From IMG/VR virus record IMGVR_UViG_2615840717_000004, positions 1-64,000 of that record: 64,000 nucleotides of DNA; one strand, given 5' to 3'. Under the pieces are notes generated by a model. That model ran no database searches, was not told where the DNA came from, and worked only from the letters and a program-made list of their open reading frames with translations. The translations under genes were made by a program, and so were the position numbers. This stretch comes from a virus (lineage: Duplodnaviria > Caudoviricetes). Below are positions 38,665-46,645 of this stretch, piece by piece (within the stretch, counting starts at the first letter, position 1; every line of letters begins with the position of its first letter).

Positions 38665-39062
38665 GAAACTGCTCCTCGATTTTGCTGCGCGATAGTTTCA
38701 TCAAGGGGGCCCACAGTATGGGCCCCTTTGATCGAAGAAGCGCTATTTGTGTTTAGCGCTGGCTCATCTTTAAGGGGATGAGTTGAACTCACCTCCTCGG
38801 CACCTTGGGTTGGTAAAAGCGTGCGGGTGGAGTGCCACGCGGATTGGGTGTGGGTGAAAATCTCTTTGTGGTGGGTGTGAAGAAGGGATTGCAGGGTCAC
38901 AATGGACTGCACCGCCTCACACTGATGGGGAGGCAGGTTGTTGCCGAGCGCGTTCATGGCGTGCAAAAGCGCGCCAAACTGGGCCACGGCTAAATCAATA
39001 CTTTCAAGGGAAGTTCGAAGTTCACGGCACGCACGTGTCGCGTTATCTGCCAGCACTACCAT
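38661..39062 (-). CDS. icd/kil-position protein (133 aa) under C4-like RNA control
   Basis: AAGGAG RBS overlapping the C4 target; ATGA-coupled to BRO. Confidence 0.7.
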   Translation of the reverse strand: MVVLADNATRACRELRTSLESIDLAVAQFGALLHAMNALGNNLPPHQCEAVQSIVTLQSLLHTHHKEIFTHTQSAWHSTRTLLPTQGAEEVSSTHPLKDEPALNTNSASSIKGAHTVGPLDETIAQQNRGAVS

Positions 39063-39116
39063 GGCAAATCTCCTTGTATCGAGTTGAACCCGACCACAAG
39101 AGAGACCAATCTCTGG

Positions 39117-39189
39117 CGGCCAGACGAACAGGATTGGTCTTACCGCTACAAGGAAACGGCGCGCGTGAGCGCTCCCGCCCGTCTGACCA
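39117..39189 (-). ncRNA. C4/CI-type antisense RNA (module 2)
   Basis: Closing stem TGGTCAGACG/CGTCTGGCCG; CCTTGTA and AGACCAATC are complementary to duplicated targets at 39234-39258 and 39072-39111. Confidence 0.8.
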
Positions 39190-39309
39190 TAGAAAAACCG
39201 CGTCCCATAAGGAAACGCGGCGCATGACGTGCGCCTTGTATCGGAAGGGAGACCAATCCCCGCACGCCTTTGTGTGACGCGCTCACCAGCAAACCACCAG
39301 CTGAGCGGA

Positions 39310-39338
39310 ATCATGGCCTGATTTGTACCTGTTGTCAA
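39310..39338 (-). promoter_or_regulatory. Putative sigma70 promoter of C4 module 2
   Basis: TTGACA-N17-CATGAT. Confidence 0.65.
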
Positions 39339-39413
39339 CGCAGATGGAATCGCGGATAGGTGGTGCTTACAAATTAAGCGCCTTAAAGGTGTGCCGCTAT
39401 CGGAGAGTTGTAC

Positions 39414-40949
39414 ATGCCCACTTTTGAAGAGATGAAAAAATACATCAGTCATGACCCTAAAAAGTGGAATGGATGGCGTACTTTTGAAAACACGAAACGC
39501 GGCTATAAACCGGAAAAAGATGGACGAATAATTTACACCTTTGAAGATGAGGTGGTTGATCTTCCTGCTGAAAGCATTGATTTGAGTTGCTGCCGGTACT
39601 TCAATGTCGACTTTGTCACCCCCCATGCCGTAGAAACGGACTTTACAGACGCAGAGTTTGATAGAAGCACATTCAAAGTTCTGACAATGCGCAGCGCCAC
39701 TTTTTTTCGAAGTAAACATCACCGAACTGAGTTTACAGACAATGATTTTGAAGACGTGCTTTTCAAGAATAGTGAACTGACGAAATGTAGTTTTGAAAAT
39801 GTGAAATTCGCAAAGTGCAACTTGGTGCAGTGCGAAGCTTTCGAAAGCAACTTTAGTGGTTCGGAAGCCGTGAATACAGACTTTGAAGGTTGCAGACTTC
39901 ACCAAACCACTTGGTACAAAACTGTCTATGATGAGTGTAATTTCGCTAAAGCACGCTTCGGAGCAGCCCAACTCATCAACGCTAAGTTTTATCATTCTAT
40001 TTTCGATGACGCTCAGTTCGCGAAAGCGACAATAACTGGTGGGCATTTCAAGTACGGCAGAGCCCTTTCTGCAAACTTTCAAGCTGCAACAATCTCTGAC
40101 TGCGACTTCGTTCAAGTTGACCTCAGAGGTGCTAACTTCACGAAAGCAGAAATCGACAACGTTCACTTTGGTGGTTGTGATCTGAGAGGAGCGAACTTTG
40201 TTGGAACTGGTATCTGGGGACCGGAGCAATTGCCAGGAGCAAGGGTTGACGAGACAACGATATTCCAAGCAAGACCTCAAGATAGTTTGAAAGAGGCTCC
40301 GTCGAAAGATGAAGTAACAGAGAGCGCCATTTTCTCTGCAGACAATCCAAACGCTCTCGATCTCAGCGAAGTCAGTGCCAGTCAACCACTTAAAACAGAC
40401 AAAGGAACCCTTGATCACCATCAGGTTATGAGCGTCAACACCCCTGTCTATTTTACCAAGGCAGACGGAACAGACACTCAAATTACTCTTGCTAGTATCG
40501 CGATCGCCATGCGCGGGAAGCAGAATGCTATCCCTGAAATATTTGAGAGAGTGATCAAAGCCGCAGAAAACGGCGAAGACATTCGTTTCAAAGACAAAGA
40601 AGAAGAGTGGCTTGAACTTCTTACGGCTGACTGGATTGCACCTGAAGATAAAGAAGCCTGCTTTGAAGCAATTAGAAAAGCTATGACAGAAGAGCACGCA
40701 GCTCCGTACTTCGGCAGCTTGGAATGGTTGACGCCAGAAAATCTTGAAACAATACGTGAGGGCCTGCTTTTTTGCCAAGAACTTGGAAATGGAAATGTAG
40801 TGATCGGTGCTTTTAAAGCTGGCGCTAGTGTTTTCTCTTTTGGCATCTTTCCGGTCGGACTTTACCATGTACATAAAATAATGGATGTCCTTACGAACAG
40901 GTTTGCAGCTGCAGATAGACAACGCGACAAAGAGCTGGAAGACAGCTAG
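39414..40949 (+). CDS. Pentapeptide-repeat protein with unknown C-terminal domain
   Basis: About 200 aa of A(D/N)F/L-type five-residue periodicity; GGAGAG RBS. Confidence 0.88.
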   Translation: MPTFEEMKKYISHDPKKWNGWRTFENTKRGYKPEKDGRIIYTFEDEVVDLPAESIDLSCCRYFNVDFVTPHAVETDFTDAEFDRSTFKVLTMRSATFFRSKHHRTEFTDNDFEDVLFKNSELTKCSFENVKFAKCNLVQCEAFESNFSGSEAVNTDFEGCRLHQTTWYKTVYDECNFAKARFGAAQLINAKFYHSIFDDAQFAKATITGGHFKYGRALSANFQAATISDCDFVQVDLRGANFTKAEIDNVHFGGCDLRGANFVGTGIWGPEQLPGARVDETTIFQARPQDSLKEAPSKDEVTESAIFSADNPNALDLSEVSASQPLKTDKGTLDHHQVMSVNTPVYFTKADGTDTQITLASIAIAMRGKQNAIPEIFERVIKAAENGEDIRFKDKEEEWLELLTADWIAPEDKEACFEAIRKAMTEEHAAPYFGSLEWLTPENLETIREGLLFCQELGNGNVVIGAFKAGASVFSFGIFPVGLYHVHKIMDVLTNRFAAADRQRDKELEDS

Positions 40950-41378
40950 ATGACTGCTTTGCCCCCTGCTCCACCGAGACCTTTCCGCTCTTACCTGCCA
41001 GGACAGCTGCGTGGGTTTGGGTTTGTTTTTGCGGGTAATTTGTGGAGTTTGGGTGTCTATCTGATTTATCAGGGCAGCGCGCTGCGGGACTGGTTTCTGG
41101 CTGGGTTTCTCTGGATTGTTGGGGCGGTTATCGTTTACTGGCTGGCAACGCGGATTGAGCCCGTTTTCAGCCCGCTCAAAGCCCTGCTGGTCACCCTTTT
41201 CTTTCAGGTGCAGATGTTCGCCGCCATCGCCCTCATCCGCGTTAGCCTGGCGGATTTCGAGATTGAGGCCCTCAACCAGCTGAGCATCACCCAAATGGTT
41301 CTGGCCGTCTACATCCTCATGATCCCCATAACCCTCCTCACCGCTTTCATAAGCTGGGTGAGGCAGAGCAACGACTGA
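40950..41378 (+). CDS. Small multi-pass membrane protein
   Basis: 142 aa, about 4 TM segments. Confidence 0.7.
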   Translation: MTALPPAPPRPFRSYLPGQLRGFGFVFAGNLWSLGVYLIYQGSALRDWFLAGFLWIVGAVIVYWLATRIEPVFSPLKALLVTLFFQVQMFAAIALIRVSLADFEIEALNQLSITQMVLAVYILMIPITLLTAFISWVRQSND

Positions 41379-41456
41379 ATTCTTTTCACTGGCGACAGAC
41401 TGGACACACCTCCACAAACTGAGCGACAGTTGCGCCATTGAAAACACTAGGAGTTC

Positions 41457-41906
41457 TTGAGCAAATTGATGGTTAAAACTAGTGTGCCCCAAAGCGACCA
41501 AACCACCATCGAACCACCTCAAGTTCTGAGCAAAACTGCCCTTACAAAGAAGTACGTTGCTGTTATCGCCTTCATCATTGGTGGACGGAGTCTCTGGACA
41601 CTTTATCCGAAGCTCTCTGGCCCGCTCACTGCACTTCAGTTGGTTATGATCATCGGCTGCTTGACTGCGATCGGCCTTGGTGCTTGGCTTTGGCCTAAGA
41701 AGCTCAATATCATCAACCTGCTTAGCCTGGTTATTCTGGTGAACGTTGGCTTGGCAGTCGTCGTCATAGCCTTTGGCGTTCCGCTCTTCTTCCTGACTTA
41801 CTTTGAGCTCATTGATGAATGGGCCGTTGAACCCGTAACTCTGTATGGTCTGGTGATCACCAGCACTGCTGCCTATATGGTAATCAATATCTTTCGTGCG
41901 CCTTAG
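41457..41906 (+). CDS. Small multi-pass membrane protein
   Basis: 149 aa, about 4 TM segments; start may be ATG 41469. Confidence 0.7.
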   Translation: MSKLMVKTSVPQSDQTTIEPPQVLSKTALTKKYVAVIAFIIGGRSLWTLYPKLSGPLTALQLVMIIGCLTAIGLGAWLWPKKLNIINLLSLVILVNVGLAVVVIAFGVPLFFLTYFELIDEWAVEPVTLYGLVITSTAAYMVINIFRAP

Positions 41907-41908
41907 CA

Positions 41909-43003
41909 TCACGCAGCAGCCCTCCAATTGTCATTGGACGACCGGCGTCCTCTGGTTGAAGACTCAGAGGCATGCAGCATAGTGTGCAAGACAGTTACTT
42001 TGTGCTGTTTTGAGAGCTGAGATTGATGGCGAAGTTTAAACTTCCTTCCCCGCAAACAACAAACTTCTGGGTCGCTTTGGGCTACGGCTTTGCGATCGCA
42101 GCCGTTTGTGCGGTTATCATTGGCGTTGGAACTTTTGCGTATCTGAGTGAAGTGAAGTGGGCTTCCTTTGAATACTGGGGCTCTAGCTCTGTCAGCGGCA
42201 GTGAAGACTTCAAAACAGTACCACGCTCGACTGTTTTTAGAGATGTAGGTGGAACAGCTCTTGCTGTAATTGGTCTCATTTTGCTGACTTGGCGTTCTAT
42301 TGTCTTTCATCGGCAATTGAAGCTTAGCGAAAGAGGGCACAATGCCGAACGCTTTCAAAAGGCAGCCGAAAAGCTCGGCCACCAAAAGCCATCTGTAAGA
42401 GAGGCCGGCGTTCACTCTCTTACCCAACTGGCGATGATTGACCCCGATGAATTTTATGAAGGCACTCAAAAACTGCTTTGCACGTTCATTCGCGAGCAAA
42501 GTTGGGAGCGTTACAGAGAAGAAGAGCTCTCTAAAAGAGTGGCAGAAAAAGAAGCTATACAGCCCCTCGAAGAGACTGAAGAGCTTCCGGGGAAGTTTCA
42601 CCCCTTGCATTCTGAGCTTTGGGAAGCACTTCAAAGCATAGCAATTTTGAAAACAGAGCTCGATCCAAACATGGAGAGGATTGATTTTTTGCAGGTCTCT
42701 GATGCTCTTTTTGAACATCTGAACTTTGAAAACACAGACTTCTCTCATTTCGTGTTGGAAGGAACATTGTTTCAGCATACAAACTTGGAATACTCTAAGT
42801 TTGATGATGCGAACTTGGAAAACACCAAGTTTCCAGAAGCAAATCTCGAAGGCTGTACTTTTAAGAACGCAGAAATGACGGGTGCTCGTATCGAGCCAAA
42901 ATGGCAAGAGCTTTTTAGTGATGAACAACGAGCACAAATCCGTTGGATTAACGAAAACGGATTTGAAATCCCCTTCATTCCTGATCCCGCCTAACACCCT
43001 CAC
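41909..43003 (-). other. Antisense bridging ORF 1 (364 aa) spanning the + strand gene 42026-42994
   Basis: AAGGAGGG RBS, GTGA overlap at 43000-43003, TGATG overlap at its end; ends SSNDNWRAAA. Confidence 0.6.
42026..42994 (+). CDS. Membrane-anchored pentapeptide-repeat protein
   Basis: 2 TM segments, ERFQKAAEKLG...R.AGV.SL motif, C-terminal pentapeptide repeats. Confidence 0.85.
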   Translation: MAKFKLPSPQTTNFWVALGYGFAIAAVCAVIIGVGTFAYLSEVKWASFEYWGSSSVSGSEDFKTVPRSTVFRDVGGTALAVIGLILLTWRSIVFHRQLKLSERGHNAERFQKAAEKLGHQKPSVREAGVHSLTQLAMIDPDEFYEGTQKLLCTFIREQSWERYREEELSKRVAEKEAIQPLEETEELPGKFHPLHSELWEALQSIAILKTELDPNMERIDFLQVSDALFEHLNFENTDFSHFVLEGTLFQHTNLEYSKFDDANLENTKFPEANLEGCTFKNAEMTGARIEPKWQELFSDEQRAQIRWINENGFEIPFIPDPA

Positions 43004-43518
43004 GCCACTGCCCTCCTTGCATTCACCAGCTCACTTGGGCGTGGTGCGCCGACCTGAGTGCAGTAGCGGTTGACAGCTCGGCAGACGACGTGGACACTGA
43101 CGCCGGAGGCGGTGGCGATGCGCTCGTAGTTCCAGTGGAACTGGCAGCTGAGGCCGTAGTAGAAGCAGCCACGGCAGAAGACATCTTTTTTGCGTTTGCT
43201 GTTTGAGGTGAACAGGCGGCCCACGGGCACCTTGCAGGTTTTGGCCACGCCAGCTGCAAAGGTCTGCACCTCCTCTGGCAGTGCCTTGTACAAGCGGATT
43301 TGTGGGGTGAGATGCGCGTTCAGGCTCTGCACCGGATGCAAGGGCACTCCGTTTAGAACAGGCACGCCGGACAGGATGAGCCGCTCGGCTGTCTCTGTCT
43401 TGATCACTCCTTCAATATCGCCCTCTGAACAGCCATAGATGCCTGCGATCGCCCGTGGGCTCATGTTGTTGGCATGATGCTGCAGAATTCTGCGGCGGAT
43501 TTTGGGGGACTGGATCAT
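43000..43518 (-). CDS. HTH DNA-binding protein
   Basis: Two HTH-like segments (PRAIAGIYGCS; YERIATASGVS); ATGA-coupled. Confidence 0.65.
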   Translation of the reverse strand: MIQSPKIRRRILQHHANNMSPRAIAGIYGCSEGDIEGVIKTETAERLILSGVPVLNGVPLHPVQSLNAHLTPQIRLYKALPEEVQTFAAGVAKTCKVPVGRLFTSNSKRKKDVFCRGCFYYGLSCQFHWNYERIATASGVSVHVVCRAVNRYCTQVGAPRPSELVNARRAVA

Positions 43519-44009
43519 TTTACGCCCTCCCGCTCGATGGCCTCGCAGGTTTTATCCAGCTTGACGGCCACGCTGATCAGCTCTGCGATTTCCTTGCGCA
43601 GGTGGTGGCGCTTCACTTCATCAGCAGAGACTTTGCCGTCGTCCTTCAGGCATTCGGCCACGCGGGAGATCACATCAGAGAACTCTTTGGAGAGCTGGCC
43701 CATGTTGCCGATCCAGTCGGGCTCGGCGGCTTCTCGTGGGAGTTTGACCAGGGCGTGGCCGCTCATGCGTGCCAGGATGCGGGTGAGCACGGGATCGGCG
43801 GCCTCATGTTCCAGATCGGCAATCACGTCCACCGGCATGGCATCATGGCTTTGCTGGTTGCCATAGCGGGAGAGCTGGCACGGTGCCACACGAGTGACCA
43901 TGCTGGCCGCCTCCACCCCGCCATTCAGCTTCACCAGAGCTTTGGAGTAGGCAAACAGGCGGGAATAATCAGATTCCGGCAGGGTGCGACTGGTCTGTGA
44001 GCGGGACAT
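43515..44009 (-). CDS. CII-like regulatory protein
   Basis: MPVDVIADLE, DDGKVSADE motifs; position after Cro. Confidence 0.7.
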   Translation of the reverse strand: MSRSQTSRTLPESDYSRLFAYSKALVKLNGGVEAASMVTRVAPCQLSRYGNQQSHDAMPVDVIADLEHEAADPVLTRILARMSGHALVKLPREAAEPDWIGNMGQLSKEFSDVISRVAECLKDDGKVSADEVKRHHLRKEIAELISVAVKLDKTCEAIEREGVK

Positions 44010-44217
44010 GCAAAACTATCCTTCAGTGTTTCGCTGACAGCGCCCAGTCAGTCTTGCAGACTGACCGTCCAAAGCAGCGGAGCCGAGCTGATGCAGGCAG
44101 AGAAATGGAATTTGGAAAAACTGGAGCGCGATGCTGAACGGCAGAACCATGAATGCCGGCGACAGATGCAAAGCGCCCTCGCTGCCTGCCGGTTCGCCCG
44201 GTGCTTTTCGGGCAAGG

Positions 44218-44454
44218 TCAGAGAGGAGTGTCATCGCGGCGCTCCTCTCCGTCTTCTGAAGCATGCTTCCAATTGAAAAGCGTACGCGGAACGGAAAAGC
44301 CTTGGGACGCTCCCATACTGTCCAGCGCATCAAACCAGGCCGCGGGAAAGACGCCCTTGCCTTCGGCGGCATAAATTGCGGATTGCTTGACGCCCAAAGC
44401 CGACTTAACAGCTTCGCGGCCCAGTGATTGGAGAACTTGCTTTGCATCGGTCAT
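44218..44454 (-). CDS. Cro-like HTH regulator
   Basis: LG...V..ALGV..SAI, G.FPAAW; divergent from the repressor. Confidence 0.75.
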   Translation of the reverse strand: MTDAKQVLQSLGREAVKSALGVKQSAIYAAEGKGVFPAAWFDALDSMGASQGFSVPRTLFNWKHASEDGEERRDDTPL

Positions 44455-44466
44455 GACGCGTAACAT

Positions 44467-44523
44467 TACAAATATTTTGTTATATCACAAGTACAAAATA
44501 AAAAAGCTTCCAATTTTTTTGTA
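44467..44523. promoter_or_regulatory. OR-like operator region
   Basis: TACAAATATTTTGTT (44467-44481) and TCCAATTTTTTTGTA (44509-44523) between cro and cI. Confidence 0.7.
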
Positions 44524-44542
44524 ATCTGGAATCTTTAAGACC

Positions 44543-44857
44543 ATGAAAGAACCAGAAGAATCCTCGACCAAACACGTTGCCGAGCGCCTTAAATGGCTCA
44601 AGGAATACTATGACTTGAGCACAAAAGAGCTCGCGAGCAGTGTAGGCGCGAGCTACACCCAGATGGCAAACTGGGAGAATGGCACACAGCGCCTTTCCCT
44701 CAAGGGTGCACTGGCCATTAACGACACTTACGGCACCTCATTGGACTTCTTGTTCATTGGGAGAGTTGAGGCATTGCCACAGAAGATCGCGAAAGCCTGG
44801 ACATCCAGACCACGCGAGAGCAGCTCTAATAAATCGAGCGATAGCCCTGTCGAATAA
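44543..44857 (+). CDS. CI-like XRE-family repressor without a peptidase domain
   Basis: RLKWLKE..LS.KELA..VG.S..Q.ANWENG; only 104 aa. Confidence 0.85.
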   Translation: MKEPEESSTKHVAERLKWLKEYYDLSTKELASSVGASYTQMANWENGTQRLSLKGALAINDTYGTSLDFLFIGRVEALPQKIAKAWTSRPRESSSNKSSDSPVE

Positions 44858-44958
44858 GCGATAATTATCAGTCTTCTCAATCTACATTCATCTCGCATAA
44901 CTCAACCCTTAAAATACGGAATAAGGGCTGAGTTATAAAATGTATGCAGATAGAATAT

Positions 44959-46083
44959 TTAGAAGCAGAGGCTATAATAATTGTCACAAAGCGCCATCCG
45001 CACATCCTGAAGAACAAGCTTATAGGTAAATGGCGTAGGAGCGTCATCCAAACTCAAATTAAACTCCTTCATTTTAAGCCCTTGAACCACAACATCATTT
45101 AAGAGCTCTGGATCTCTCTTATATTTTTTTCGAAATTGATTGTATTCGAGCTCAAGCTTCTCCGTTTTCCCAAACGTAAGCCACCAACTTACATCAGCCT
45201 TCACGTATTTTTGCAGAAGAAAATAGAAGTCTTCGCCTATATGAAAGTCATTCGCCTCCACTACGAGAGTTTCTGACTTCGCAGAGTAGGTCAGCGCAGA
45301 GGAAGTCATACCTGCAGCCGAGCGGTCAGCACCTCCAGTCAGTAGAGCTAATTCAATGTCGACTTTGGGCTGCATTGAGTTAATTAACTTTGCTAATGAA
45401 GTCAGAGATCTTGCTCGCTCAATAGAGGTCCAATCACCAATTCCAACCTCCTTAAAAATTAAAATCACCTCCCCGTCTTCATTTTCCTCATCTTCAAACT
45501 TGTAGTAGCCACCACTCACGAATTGCAACGGCATTAGGTTGTGCTTTTTTAGGTCTGAAGGGGTCTCTACCTTCACAAGCTGACTTGAGAAACTCAAATC
45601 CTCACATTTTCGGCCCAGATACTCAAATGCAGCAGAAAGACTCTTTGCACTATAGAGAAAAACATCACCATTCAGGCTCTGTATTTCCATTCCACCCTGC
45701 ACCTGCTTTATGCCCTCTACGGGATAGGAGGAAGGTCTCGAAGCCTCTTCATAAGTAGATAAAACAATACTGCCACGATAGCGTTCTGCCCGTAAACTAA
45801 GGTGGCGAGCCTCCTCATCATCAACTTGAAATAGAAAGCTCATAAATTTCGGATCCCGCGCAGTTCTATGGCTATACTCCTCAAGGCCCAGAAGGGAGAA
45901 GTTATATCGAGCAACAATCCCGCTAGTGCAGGAAATAGCTAACGGCAACGGGAAGTCGGTGTGCCCCGTGGGCTCAATCACGACGGACGCCGTTGCGCGC
46001 GGAAGCGGAGGCGCAACCTCAAACGCATCCGAGTACGCAGCAGTCAAAAATAAAATCAATGAAGTTAATGCGATAGCTTTCAT
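44959..46083 (-). CDS. Secreted hypothetical protein in the immunity region
   Basis: 374 aa, signal peptide, low GC. Confidence 0.7.
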   Translation of the reverse strand: MKAIALTSLILFLTAAYSDAFEVAPPLPRATASVVIEPTGHTDFPLPLAISCTSGIVARYNFSLLGLEEYSHRTARDPKFMSFLFQVDDEEARHLSLRAERYRGSIVLSTYEEASRPSSYPVEGIKQVQGGMEIQSLNGDVFLYSAKSLSAAFEYLGRKCEDLSFSSQLVKVETPSDLKKHNLMPLQFVSGGYYKFEDEENEDGEVILIFKEVGIGDWTSIERARSLTSLAKLINSMQPKVDIELALLTGGADRSAAGMTSSALTYSAKSETLVVEANDFHIGEDFYFLLQKYVKADVSWWLTFGKTEKLELEYNQFRKKYKRDPELLNDVVVQGLKMKEFNLSLDDAPTPFTYKLVLQDVRMALCDNYYSLCF

Positions 46084-46154
46084 AAGCGCCCCTTAGAATT
46101 TAGGGGTAACTTTAGTAAATTTGCAGCATCTCGGCACAATGAAAAATATTCAAC

Positions 46155-46207
46155 TACAAATATTTTGTATTTTGTATATTGACAATACAAAATATTTGTA
46201 ATTTCAT
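46155..46207 (+). promoter_or_regulatory. OL/PL-like promoter-operator
   Basis: TACAAATATTTTGTA (46155-46169) and TACAAAATATTTGTA (46186-46200) flank TTGACA (46179-46184). Confidence 0.75.
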
Positions 46208-46360
46208 ACAGAGGGCAATCGGACAACTTTTTTGGTCTGAAAACACATTTTCCGAAGTGCCTGCCATGCAGTTCCCTACGCTAGGCAGGTGACAGGCGCG
46301 GGCACTCCCTCCAACCCTTGTGCCCGTGCCACTTGTTTCATGCGCTCAGGAGATTTCTGC

Positions 46361-46645
46361 ATGAGTTCATATCTGACAGTTGCTTCACACAACACCGGCC
46401 CACTCCTGCAACCAGGACAAGTGCCCACAAACACCACTGCTGAGCAACAAGGCCACAAGCTGCTCGACAAGATCGCCCCAAGCTTTGGCGAGATTGCGTT
46501 GAAGCGAGAAGACCTGAAACAGGTTCTGAAAGATACTCCGGAGGACAGCCCGGCAGTCGTCGCCCAGATCCGCAATTTGCAAGATTTTTACCGCGACGGC
46601 TGGCAGCTCTGCCAGGTCACTCTCAACAAGCTGGGTCGGGGGTGA
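46361..46645 (+). CDS. Hypothetical early protein
   Basis: AGGAG RBS, 94 aa, overlaps the next gene. Confidence 0.65.
   Translation: MSSYLTVASHNTGPLLQPGQVPTNTTAEQQGHKLLDKIAPSFGEIALKREDLKQVLKDTPEDSPAVVAQIRNLQDFYRDGWQLCQVTLNKLGRG

Larger units (their letters stand above)
38661..41909 (-). other. Antisense bridging ORF 2 (1082 aa) spanning three + strand genes and the C4 region, in frame with 38661-39062
   Basis: GGAGGG RBS, TGATG overlap at 41907-41911; no stop over 3249 nt. Confidence 0.6.

Noticed and set aside
44016-44276. Overlapping short ORFs on both strands between cro and the CII-like gene
   Set aside because: No clear RBS or recognisable motif; cannot tell which, if any, is real.
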